A stretch of 64,000 nt of DNA from a virus. The position numbers were made by a program, and so were the translations under genes. The notes under the pieces are model-generated. The model was not told where the DNA came from, ran no database searches, and worked only from the letters and a program-made list of their open reading frames with translations. The stretch spans positions 1 to 64,000 of the IMG/VR virus record IMGVR_UViG_3300022468_000627, one strand, 5' to 3'. Shown here in pieces: positions 7,558 to 15,838 of the stretch. The first letter of the stretch is position 1; each line of letters begins with the position of its first letter.

Positions 7558-7790
7558 CTCGATCTTCATCCCCCGATGTGCGCAACCCGCTGGTGCACCT
7601 GCCATCGGCCCAGGCCATGCAGACGCTACCACCCGAGGCAAAGGCCGCACTGCGCGCCCTGCTCAAGGATCTCAGCGCCGACTGTCGCGCACGCGCCAAC
7701 AAGGCATGGGCCACGCACAAAGCGCCGATGGCCGCGTACTGGAAAGCTCAGGCGGTCTACGCGAACCACGCCCAGCGACTGCTGTCATGA
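7554..7790 (+). CDS. Hypothetical protein (78 aa)
   Basis: ATG 7554 overlaps the upstream stop (ATGA). Sequence MTRSSSPDVRNPLVHLPSAQ... Confidence 0.5.
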   Translation: MTRSSSPDVRNPLVHLPSAQAMQTLPPEAKAALRALLKDLSADCRARANKAWATHKAPMAAYWKAQAVYANHAQRLLS

Positions 7791-8140
7791 ACGCCACCAT
7801 CCACCCCGACGGCAGCCACCGCCCCAGCGCCACAGCCCCCACGCCCGCCGGCTGGGCGGTCGAGACCATCATCGATGGCCGCATGGCCTGGATGATCAAT
7901 CCCGTGCCGCTGCAGCCCTACACCTTCACCTTCAAACTGGCGCTGGCCCACCTGTTCGAGCGCCACAGCCTGGCCTACGACTGCAGGTGCAGCGTGTGGT
8001 GCTGGCACGACCGCCACGGCCAGCACCCGCCGCTGAACGTCGTGTGGGTCGATGATCAGTACCGGGCGCGCATCGCCGCCGAACATCATGCGCAATCTGA
8101 TCAAATTTGCGCAAACACAACACCAAAACTGATCAAATAA
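7787..8140 (+). CDS. Hypothetical protein (117 aa)
   Basis: ATG 7787 overlaps the upstream stop (ATGA). Sequence MNATIHPDGSHRP... Confidence 0.5.
   Translation: MNATIHPDGSHRPSATAPTPAGWAVETIIDGRMAWMINPVPLQPYTFTFKLALAHLFERHSLAYDCRCSVWCWHDRHGQHPPLNVVWVDDQYRARIAAEHHAQSDQICANTTPKLIK
8097..8123 (+). promoter_or_regulatory. Conserved 27-mer early control element, copy 2
   Basis: See 4849..4875. It lies about 60 nt upstream of the 8185 ORF, with a second TCAAAT at 8133. Confidence 0.55.
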
Positions 8141-8184
8141 GAGCACAATACAGGCATTGATTGATTTTATTTGAGGACCCGATC

Positions 8185-8322
8185 ATGAACCCCCACCGCC
8201 AACACGCAGACATCGCCAACCTGGCGCGCAACCGCTTCGGCGAGGCGCTGGCCGGCCTGGTGCTCGCAGCCGGCATCGGCGTATCGCTCGCCTACGTGCT
8301 GGTGCTCAGCTTCACCGCCTGA
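8185..8322 (+). CDS. Possible 45-aa single-TM peptide
   Basis: Hand-found: MNPHRQHADIANLARNRFGEALAGLVLAAGIGVSLAYVLVLSFTA. A GAGGA SD lies upstream. Confidence 0.35.
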   Translation: MNPHRQHADIANLARNRFGEALAGLVLAAGIGVSLAYVLVLSFTA

Positions 8323-8324
8323 CC

Positions 8325-8519
8325 ATGGCCCGCCCATCGGCCGCCCTCCCCGACAGCGTTGCGGGCCCCGCGCGGGCCTACCACGCGCACCACTTCGCCT
8401 GCCCAACGTGCATTGCTGCCGGGCAGGGCCGTGGGCGCCGCTGCGCCACCGGGCTCGACCTGCGCCGCGCCTACGGCCAGGCCTACCGCGACTTCAAGAA
8501 CAGCCCAACCCGGGCCTGA
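8325..8519 (+). CDS. Small hypothetical protein (64 aa)
   Basis: The ATG lies 2 nt after the previous stop. Contains CPTC...C. Confidence 0.4.
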   Translation: MARPSAALPDSVAGPARAYHAHHFACPTCIAAGQGRGRRCATGLDLRRAYGQAYRDFKNSPTRA

Positions 8520-8533
8520 CTGCCCATCACACC

Positions 8534-8749
8534 ATGACCACCTACCGACTCACGCAAGCCTTCGCCGACCTTCCTGCTGGCGCCATCGTCTACCCGTTCG
8601 ACGGCAACACCTACGGCATCCTGGGCGACGACACCCGGTTTTCCGGCGAGCCCCACGCCGCCATCACCCGCACGAACGATCCGGGCGCACCGTTCCTGTC
8701 CGTGCCGGTGCGGATTATGGAGCCGGTGACCGGCACCACCAACGCCTAA
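8534..8749 (+). CDS. Small hypothetical protein (71 aa)
   Basis: Trimmed from 8408..8749 to ATG 8534 (MTTYRLTQAFADLPAG...). Confidence 0.45.
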   Translation: MTTYRLTQAFADLPAGAIVYPFDGNTYGILGDDTRFSGEPHAAITRTNDPGAPFLSVPVRIMEPVTGTTNA

Positions 8750-8760
8750 CCCCAACCACC

Positions 8761-9501
8761 ATGAACATCAAAATCTCAGCCCGCGCGCTCGCCTTCTGCG
8801 CGCACTTCCAGGCCAAGCAGGACATCCGCTACTACCTCAACGGCGTGCACGTGCAGCCCATGCCGGCCGAGGCCGGCGGCGGCGTGCTGGTGGCCGCCAC
8901 CAACGGCCATGCCATGGGCATCTGGCGCGACGCCAATGGCAGCACCGACCGCGAGGTGATCATCCGCACCACACCGGGCCTGCTGTCGGCGGCGGCCAAG
9001 GGCGGCATCGTGAAGGTGGTCGACAACCGGCTAGCGGTCATTCGCCTCGACGGCCCGGAGGAGATTGAAGACTGCGAGGCTTTCGTGCAGGCCAACGGCG
9101 ACCGCGCCTACGCCGGTAGCAGGTCGGCACCACCCTGGGAAGTCGAAGGCAAGTTCCCCGATGTCGCCCGAGCGGTGCCGGACCTGCGGAAGATCCGCGC
9201 CACCCAGGGCCAGCACCTGGGCGTGCTGAGCGCTACCTACCTGGAGCTGATCGCCAAGGCGATCCCCAGCGACGTGCGGTCGAAGGGCTGCGGCGTGGCC
9301 ATCCGGCAGCTCGGGAAGGATCTCGGCGCCCTGGTGACCTACACCCGCATCCCCGAGGCCGCCGCCGTCATCATGCCGATGCGCGACGACGCCGAGCCCG
9401 GGTTGTGGCTGGAGCATTGGCAGCGCCTCAACCAGCCTGCCGAAGCGCCGCCGCAACCCGAGCAGCAGCCCAGCGAAGCCGCCCCGGGAGCGTCGGAATG
9501 A
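8761..9501 (+). CDS. Sliding-clamp (DnaN)-like protein, tentative
   Basis: Trimmed from 8359..9501 to ATG 8761 (MNIKISARALAF...). QDIRYYLNGVHV resembles the RYYLNG motif of beta clamps. Memory-based and unverified. Confidence 0.45.
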   Translation: MNIKISARALAFCAHFQAKQDIRYYLNGVHVQPMPAEAGGGVLVAATNGHAMGIWRDANGSTDREVIIRTTPGLLSAAAKGGIVKVVDNRLAVIRLDGPEEIEDCEAFVQANGDRAYAGSRSAPPWEVEGKFPDVARAVPDLRKIRATQGQHLGVLSATYLELIAKAIPSDVRSKGCGVAIRQLGKDLGALVTYTRIPEAAAVIMPMRDDAEPGLWLEHWQRLNQPAEAPPQPEQQPSEAAPGASE

Positions 9502-10160
9502 CCGCGCGACGTCAGCGCGAGATCGAGGCCATGATCCGCCGCAGCGGCCTCGTTCTGCTTTCCACCAATTCGACGGGCAGCGGTCACATCCAGGTGACGG
9601 TCGAGGCCCCAAACGAGGCGCGGCGGAAGTTCTCCGTCGCCCGATCGCCCAGCGACTACCGCAGCGACAAAAACCAGCTGCATGAGTTCCTGCGGTTCGC
9701 CCGCGAGAACCAGGCTCCGCTTACCGCAGTGGCCCAGGCCTTGGCGCAGGCCGTCTCCAAGCCGACCGCGGCGCCCGAGCCCACCCCGATTCCAGCAACC
9801 CCGCCGGCACCTCCGGCCGTCCCACCCATGACCAAAATCGAACGCAACCACCTCACCCACGCCCAGTTCTACCAGCTGTGCGAGTGGATCAAGACCGCCA
9901 ACCTCGACGGTGTGCACAACCGACCAGAGGCCGCCAAGCGCGCCAGCGCCGGCCTGGGCTTCGAGGTATCGGACAGCAGCGTCGGCAAGGCCATGGAGGC
10001 CACCGGTATCGAGCTGACGCCGGCGCCGGCGTCGAACCTCGCCAGGCGTGACCGCACGCACATCCTCGCCCGCGAGCTGGTTGCGCTGCTGCGCGACCTG
10101 GGCAAGGAGCCGAGCGCCGAGCTGCTGAGCATCACGCAACGGCATGGGGGTGTGGCATGA
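9498..10160 (+). CDS. Hypothetical protein (220 aa)
   Basis: ATG 9498 overlaps the upstream stop (ATGA). Two globular halves are joined by a Pro/Ala-rich linker. Confidence 0.55.
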   Translation: MTARRQREIEAMIRRSGLVLLSTNSTGSGHIQVTVEAPNEARRKFSVARSPSDYRSDKNQLHEFLRFARENQAPLTAVAQALAQAVSKPTAAPEPTPIPATPPAPPAVPPMTKIERNHLTHAQFYQLCEWIKTANLDGVHNRPEAAKRASAGLGFEVSDSSVGKAMEATGIELTPAPASNLARRDRTHILARELVALLRDLGKEPSAELLSITQRHGGVA

Positions 10161-11257
10161 CCAAGACCACCGGACGCATCGCCCGCGAGGGCGAAATTCA
10201 CTTCGGCGACGCCAGCCTGAGCGTCTGGGAGGAAGGCATCCCCCGCGAGTGGGATCCCAAGGTGAAGTGGGAGCAGAAGTTCAAGCGCGAGGTGTTCGCC
10301 CGCATCGTACAGACGCTGAACCGCATCGGCTGGACCTGCACCATGCCACCTATCAACCTCCACAGCGTGAAGCACTACGGCGGCAACGTCGAGCGCTGGT
10401 CTCGGGAGCGCAAGCGCTTCTGCGTGAAGGGCGACCTGAAAGCCGATCTTGAAATCAGCGGCCGCACCATCACGCTGCAGATGTTCCAGTCTGTGAACTG
10501 CCCGACGCGCTCGGATCACGAGGGCCGCTACGAGCGCGACAAAGAGGCGTGCATGCCCTACCCGCTTCGCCTGGAAATGGAGCGCACGCGCCGCCGGATC
10601 CGCGAGTACCTGATGAACGTGTTCACCGGCTACGAATTCGAGCCCGAGCGCTACCCCAAGATGGGCCTCATGGGCCTGACCGCCTACGAGAAGGCGGCTC
10701 ACGACCGCCGCACCACAGGCCACTACAAGCCCGCGCTGGACCGCGCCGAGATCAGCATGAAGAGCAACGCGATCGCGGCCGACGGCGGCACCATCGAACA
10801 CGGCGCGCACGTCTGGGCCCTGGACTACAAGGGCCGCGTCATCACCGGCACGGCCTACTACGACCTCAACAGCGCTTGGCAGATCGTGACGGGCCGCTAC
10901 GGGCTGGTGTACTGCCACACGGGCGAGATCTTCACCCGCCAGCCCGACCACCTGCGCCTGAAACGCAACCAGCGCGAGCGCCGCAAGCGTCTGGAGCAGG
11001 AGCTGCAGAAGGCCGTCGCGCGCATGGACTTCAAGCGCGCCGAGGTGCTGAAAAACGTGCTGTTCCCGGACGGCGGCCAGCTGTTCCACATTTTCAGCAA
11101 CAAGCACGACTGCTATTTCCGGGCCAACTACTGCGGCTACACGAAGGACACGACCTACGCCGGCCGGTACACCGAGGCCGAGCTGAAACCCTACGCCAGC
11201 GAGATCGCCAACGGCACGCTGAAAGCCATCCCCATCACCCAAGGAGAACGCGCATGA
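10157..11257 (+). CDS. Hypothetical protein (366 aa) with UVR-like motif
   Basis: ATGA-coupled. KRLEQELQKAVARMDFKRAEVLKNVL resembles a UvrB/C-type UVR motif. Otherwise unrecognised. Confidence 0.6.
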   Translation: MTKTTGRIAREGEIHFGDASLSVWEEGIPREWDPKVKWEQKFKREVFARIVQTLNRIGWTCTMPPINLHSVKHYGGNVERWSRERKRFCVKGDLKADLEISGRTITLQMFQSVNCPTRSDHEGRYERDKEACMPYPLRLEMERTRRRIREYLMNVFTGYEFEPERYPKMGLMGLTAYEKAAHDRRTTGHYKPALDRAEISMKSNAIAADGGTIEHGAHVWALDYKGRVITGTAYYDLNSAWQIVTGRYGLVYCHTGEIFTRQPDHLRLKRNQRERRKRLEQELQKAVARMDFKRAEVLKNVLFPDGGQLFHIFSNKHDCYFRANYCGYTKDTTYAGRYTEAELKPYASEIANGTLKAIPITQGERA

Positions 11258-11421
11258 CAACCACCCCCAAGATCCCCCTCGCCATCGCCGCCCTGGCGGC
11301 CCTGGCAACCCTCGACTACATGTTCTTCAACGCCCTGAGCAGCCCGCTGTCGGGCGGCGAGAAGGCCCAGCTGCTGTGGCTGGCGGCCATCGCGGCCAAG
11401 CTGCTGATGCCGACCCGCTGA
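11254..11421 (+). CDS. Small hydrophobic protein (55 aa)
   Basis: ATG 11254 overlaps the upstream stop. MTTTPKIPLAIAALAALATLDYMFF... is the last gene before the terminator. Confidence 0.4.
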   Translation: MTTTPKIPLAIAALAALATLDYMFFNALSSPLSGGEKAQLLWLAAIAAKLLMPTR

Positions 11422-11441
11422 TCCACCAAACCCCACGAACC

Positions 11442-11466
11442 AGCCCGCCTCGCGCGGGCTTTTTTG
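11442..11466 (+). terminator. Rho-independent terminator of rightward early operon
   Basis: AGCCCGC-CTCGC-GCGGGCT stem-loop followed by TTTTT. Confidence 0.75.
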
Positions 11467-11608
11467 CGTCCTGGGCCCAGGGTGGGCGAGAGCAATCCAC
11501 TACCGAATTGATAGCGCGCCATCTCCAGCCGGCGCGGCCAGGCCGAAGGCTCATCCACTGCGACTGGCCGGCGACGGCGCGCCGCATGGCCACTCTAGGC
11601 CCAGGCAT

Positions 11609-11637
11609 GAAAAAGCCCCCGTTTTCAGGCGGGGGCT
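11609..11637 (-). terminator. Rho-independent terminator of leftward replication operon
   Basis: On the minus strand: an AGCCCCCG...CGGGGGCT stem followed by TTTTT, about 20 nt after the primase stop. Confidence 0.75.
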
Positions 11638-11658
11638 GTGGCTGGGCAGGCGCCCAGG

Positions 11659-14478
11659 TCAGAACGCCGGCTCAGGCTCGCGCTCGCCCACGGCGGACTC
11701 GACGAGGATGCCAGACAGCGGCAGGCGGATGCACTTGGTCAGGACGCCGTTGAAGCGCGCCGGGTTGTTGCCGTTCTTGTCGGCGCCTTCGACGCGCGCC
11801 AGCACGCCGCGCCAGTCGGCCTCGAACGTGGTGCCCTGCATCAGCGCCGTGATCTCCTTGTGGCCGTTGGCGAGCATGAGGTAGCCGTCCTTCACCCGCA
11901 TGCCGTGGCGCTGAAGGATCGCCTCGGCGGTGACGTCGTTGACGTCCAGGGACGCCACAGGCCGCCCAGACGCCGCGCACACCAGCTCGTAGACGCTGAC
12001 CTCGATCCCGCCCTTGATGCGCACCAGGGAGCCAAGGAGGGCCTGCAGGGCGCTCTGCGACTCGTCGGTGTCGTGGTTGTCGCGCAGGTCGTGCCAGTTG
12101 TGGCTGGCGAACACCTTGCGGGCCTGCTCGGGCGTGGCGACCTTCTGCGACATCAGCGACCAGGCGCCGGCCAGCAGGGCCCCGTACTGGTCGCCGTCGC
12201 GCTGGCTGCCGAAGAAGTCGGCGCCGGCGGCGCTGAACACCTCGATGTTCTTGAGCGTGACGGGCAGCATGTCAATGCAGCGGCGCAGCAGGCGCGCGCG
12301 GATCGTGGCGTCCTTGTCGGTCAGCTGGTACATGGCCTCCTTGATCTGCAGCCACTCGCCGCTGTCGCTCGACTTGCCCGAGCGCAGCGACAGCACGGTC
12401 AGGCGGTCGATGTCGGCCTTGTGCTTGAGCGCGACCTGGATCGACGCCAGGCAGAACATGCTGCGGATGTGGTAGGTCATCCCCGAGCCGTCGGTCGTGC
12501 CCTTGAGGGTTTCGGCGTCGGACTCGGTCGAGGCCTGGCGGATCAGGCCCAGGATGGACTGGATCCGCTTGGCGTCGCCCTCCTCGTTCGATTCGGACTC
12601 GTCCATGACCACGGGCCGGGCGTCGGCACGCAGGCGCTGGCGAATGCCGGCCTCTGAGCTGTTGCCCTGGGCGAACACGTCGGTGCCCTTGAGCATGGCA
12701 TGGCCAAACTTGGCCAGCGTGGACTTGCCCGAGCCGGCGCCGCCGGTCAGCCAGACGTGGGGGCGCCACGGGATGGCGCCACAGATCGGCGCCAGCGCGA
12801 TCCAGCCCGCGAACAGCAGCGCGCTGCCGCTCACGCCCCAGCGGAACATCTTGATGACGTCCACGATGCACTTGCCGTCGTCGTCGCTGAGCATGACCTC
12901 GGCCGGCATCTGCATGCTCTTGGCGAGCTCGTAGACGTAGCTGGATTGGATGCTGGTCACCGCGGTGCGGGCACCGTCCACGGACAGGTGGCTGCCGTGG
13001 TGGTAGACGACGCGGCCGGCGTCGAGCCAGGCGCCGCGCCCCCGGATCCGCTCGGTGTCGAAAATGCCCTTCTTCTCGGCGGTGCGGATCAGAAATTCGG
13101 CGGCCATCTTGGTGTCGAACTTGGCCTTGCCGCCAGGGAATTCGAGCTCCCACCAGTTCAGCGGGGCCAGCTCGATGAGGCCGGTTTCGCTCATGCCGCC
13201 GGCCGAGATTTCGGCGATCTGCTTCTTGAGGTGCTGGAGGACGTAGTAGGTCTTGCGGTCGTAGCCCAGGACGGTGAAGTAGCTGTTGGCCTCGGGGCCG
13301 ATGGGGTCGTCGGCGCCTGCCACGGGCTCGGGCAGCGGGGCCGCCAGGGTCTCGTCGGGTGCGTCGTCGGGGTCGTCTTCCCACGGCGCCACCGGGGCGG
13401 CCGGCTCGGGCTGCGGTGCAGGCGCCGGGCGCGCTGGCGGGTGCAGCACGGCCTCGATGGCAGCGCGCACGGCGTCGAGGCCCTGGGCCGCATGCAGGTC
13501 GTTGAAGTCGGTCGGCTTGCCCGGGGCGTCGTGGGCGAAGTCGGGGAACGCCACCAAGCCATCGGTCAGGCGGGCAGCCTCGCGCGCCTTGGTCAGGCCG
13601 GGGTTCTCGGGCGTGTTGGGGAACTCAGGCGTTGGGCCGGTCCACTGGTCGTTGTCGGAGACGAACACCAGCAGCGCGTCGGGGAAGGACCGGCGAATGG
13701 CGCGCGCCACGGGCACCAGGTTGCCGGCGTCGAACGCCACGATGCAGGCGTGGCCGGTGGCCTCGTGCGCGCTCGCCATGGTGGCGTAGCCCTCGCCGAT
13801 CAGGATGACCTTGCGCTGCTCGCCGCGGTGCTCGACCTCCTGGGGCTTGCCGATCGAGTAGAACAGCCCCTCCTTGGCGCCGCCCGACAAAAAGTCCTTG
13901 TCGCGCCCGCCCATGGCTTTGCCGGCGAAAATCGCCTGCAGGCTGTGCACTCGCTTCTTGGTGTCGCGGATCGGGACCAGCAGGGCCTGCTTCGAGATGA
14001 CGTGCACCTCGCCGGTGTCAGGGTCGGCCTTCTCCCACAAGCCCACACGCAGGCCGTGAGACTTCACGCCCTTGCGGGTCAGGTAGGGGTGCTCGGTGCA
14101 CTCGCTGGCGGCCGCCCAGATGCGCTCAGCCTCGGCGGCCGCCATCTCGCGGCGCTGCAGCTCGGCGGCCTCGCGCTCGGCCTTCTGCTTGGCCATCTTC
14201 TTGGCCCAGGCGCGCCGCTCCTCTGGGCTCAACTCGCGGGTTTCGCCGGCCCAGGTGAACTTGGCGTCGGTGCCGAACCGCTTGTTGCAGCCGAAGGCGC
14301 CGGCCGGGGTCGTGCCGTCGAGATGAAGGACGAACCATCCGTTTTTGGCGCCGCGCTTGTCGCCGTCTACGTGGACACGGTGGAACTTTCCATCGGCTTC
14401 GATGTGACCCGACACGACGATGCCCTGTTCGGCCATTGCGCGTCGGAAGGATTCGATAACCTGTTGCTCATTTTGCAT
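11659..14478 (-). CDS. Bifunctional primase/helicase (TOPRIM primase + P-loop D5/P4-alpha-like helicase)
   Basis: Start trimmed to ATG 14478, which has a GGAGA SD. TOPRIM-like ILIGEGYATMAS ... VSDNDQW. Walker A TGGAGSGKST and Walker B VVMDESE in the C-terminal half. Confidence 0.9.
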   Translation of the reverse strand: MQNEQQVIESFRRAMAEQGIVVSGHIEADGKFHRVHVDGDKRGAKNGWFVLHLDGTTPAGAFGCNKRFGTDAKFTWAGETRELSPEERRAWAKKMAKQKAEREAAELQRREMAAAEAERIWAAASECTEHPYLTRKGVKSHGLRVGLWEKADPDTGEVHVISKQALLVPIRDTKKRVHSLQAIFAGKAMGGRDKDFLSGGAKEGLFYSIGKPQEVEHRGEQRKVILIGEGYATMASAHEATGHACIVAFDAGNLVPVARAIRRSFPDALLVFVSDNDQWTGPTPEFPNTPENPGLTKAREAARLTDGLVAFPDFAHDAPGKPTDFNDLHAAQGLDAVRAAIEAVLHPPARPAPAPQPEPAAPVAPWEDDPDDAPDETLAAPLPEPVAGADDPIGPEANSYFTVLGYDRKTYYVLQHLKKQIAEISAGGMSETGLIELAPLNWWELEFPGGKAKFDTKMAAEFLIRTAEKKGIFDTERIRGRGAWLDAGRVVYHHGSHLSVDGARTAVTSIQSSYVYELAKSMQMPAEVMLSDDDGKCIVDVIKMFRWGVSGSALLFAGWIALAPICGAIPWRPHVWLTGGAGSGKSTLAKFGHAMLKGTDVFAQGNSSEAGIRQRLRADARPVVMDESESNEEGDAKRIQSILGLIRQASTESDAETLKGTTDGSGMTYHIRSMFCLASIQVALKHKADIDRLTVLSLRSGKSSDSGEWLQIKEAMYQLTDKDATIRARLLRRCIDMLPVTLKNIEVFSAAGADFFGSQRDGDQYGALLAGAWSLMSQKVATPEQARKVFASHNWHDLRDNHDTDESQSALQALLGSLVRIKGGIEVSVYELVCAASGRPVASLDVNDVTAEAILQRHGMRVKDGYLMLANGHKEITALMQGTTFEADWRGVLARVEGADKNGNNPARFNGVLTKCIRLPLSGILVESAVGEREPEPAF

Positions 14479-14624
14479 ACAGTCTCCCCACTGCATGCGG
14501 TGTTGTTCTTCTCATCCGGGTGCTGCCATTCCAGAAAGCTGCTGTAAGGGGCGGTGAGCAGGCGCCAGCAGGAGCGCTTTTCGGGAGCTACCCTAGCCCA
14601 CCGCTAACTTGTTGTTGGACCTTC

Positions 14625-14642
14625 GATTATGCGGTCATCTAG
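14625..14642 (-). promoter_or_regulatory. Junction motif variant (CTAGATGAC-CG-CATAATC)
   Basis: Overlaps the VRR-NUC stop and lies 147 nt upstream of the primase ATG. A weaker match. Confidence 0.3.
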
Positions 14643-15099
14643 GCACCGCCGATGCTGCTTCAAACCAATCGCCAGGCTGCGGGCGATAGCCTTCGACTAT
14701 CTTCACCGCCGCCTCGGGCGTGTTGGCGACGCCGGCAATGCCGCCGGCGCGCTGCACCGTCTCCATCCAGTGGCGCTGGTCGGCGCTGGTGCGGCCGCCG
14801 TCGGTGCGTTTGCACTCCACCGACAGGAACACGGCCACCCGGCAGCCGACCATGTCGGGCGTGATTGTGATCGTGCGCCAGCCCAGCAGGTCGCCCTGGC
14901 CGACGACGGGGTTGCCGTTGGCGAGCGCCAGGCCCAGGGCCACCGGGCGAGCGCCGGCCAGCACGACGCTGCCGTCCACCAGGCGGCGCGGCGGGCCGTT
15001 GCCCAGCCAGGCTTTGCCGCTGTTCGCGCGGAACAGCACCACGCCGGCCAGGGCGGCCGCGCGGAGCCAGATGGAGCGCTGGGTGGTGGACTCGCGCAT
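14635..15099 (-). CDS. VRR-NUC domain nuclease
   Basis: GDLLGW ... FLSVECKRTDGGRTSADQRHW matches the D...ExK VRR-NUC pattern (memory). Confidence 0.75.
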   Translation of the reverse strand: MRESTTQRSIWLRAAALAGVVLFRANSGKAWLGNGPPRRLVDGSVVLAGARPVALGLALANGNPVVGQGDLLGWRTITITPDMVGCRVAVFLSVECKRTDGGRTSADQRHWMETVQRAGGIAGVANTPEAAVKIVEGYRPQPGDWFEAASAVPR

Positions 15100-15380
15100 C
15101 AGGCTTCCTTGGCCTTGGCCTCGGCCATCAGCGCGGCGTAGGCAATGTGGTCCTCGGCGCTGTCGGCGTGGAAGCCCGGGCGGGTGAACAGGCGCACCTG
15201 CTTGAGAATGTCCAGCAGCAGCCAGCCCTCGGCCTCGGAGAGGTCGCGGCCGGTCACGGCATTGAAGGCCACCACGGTCTGCGCCATCGAGCGCTCGCCT
15301 TCGGGCTTGTCGTAGGTCGCGGCGCGGTCACGCATGTGACCGGCGGCACGCTCCAGAAGTTCAGGGGCGGTGATTGCCAT
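15099..15380 (-). CDS. Hypothetical phage protein (93 aa), DUF6378-like (tentative)
   Basis: ERSMAQTVVAFNAVTGRDLSEAEGWLLLDILKQVR resembles a common small phage replication-module protein. Confidence 0.55.
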   Translation of the reverse strand: MAITAPELLERAAGHMRDRAATYDKPEGERSMAQTVVAFNAVTGRDLSEAEGWLLLDILKQVRLFTRPGFHADSAEDHIAYAALMAEAKAKEA

Positions 15381-15388
15381 GGCGGTCC

Positions 15389-15829
15389 TCAGAACGGCAC
15401 GTCTTCGTCCATGGACTGCTGGCGGGTCGGCGCCGCAGCAGGCGCCCGGGCCGGTGCCGGCGCGGCCGCGCGCTGGCCGCCCTGGTCGCCATCGGGGCGA
15501 GCACCCAGCAGCTGAAAATCAGCCACACGGATCTCGGTGATCTGCTTCTCGTTGCCGTCTTTGTCCGTGTACTTGCGCACGGAGAACTCGCCATTCACGC
15601 GGATCTGGCTGCCCTTGCGGGCGTACTGCGCCAGCAGCTCAGCGGTCTTGCCGAAGAACGCGCAGGGCACCCAGGTGGTCTGCTCGCGGGTCTCGCCGGA
15701 CTGCTTGTCCTTCCACTTTTTGCCCACGGCGAGCGAGACGTTGCAGTTGGCGTCGCCGCTGGCGAAGTGCTTGAGCTCGGGGTCGCGGCCGAGGCGCCCG
15801 ATGAATACGCAGAGGTTCAAATCAGCCAT
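15389..15829 (-). CDS. ssb: Single-stranded DNA-binding protein
   Basis: OB-fold N-terminus (NLCVFIGRLGRDPELK...), a Gly/Pro/Ala-rich linker and an acidic tip MDEDVPF. Confidence 0.9.
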   Translation of the reverse strand: MADLNLCVFIGRLGRDPELKHFASGDANCNVSLAVGKKWKDKQSGETREQTTWVPCAFFGKTAELLAQYARKGSQIRVNGEFSVRKYTDKDGNEKQITEIRVADFQLLGARPDGDQGGQRAAAPAPARAPAAAPTRQQSMDEDVPF

Positions 15830-15838
15830 TGTCTACTT

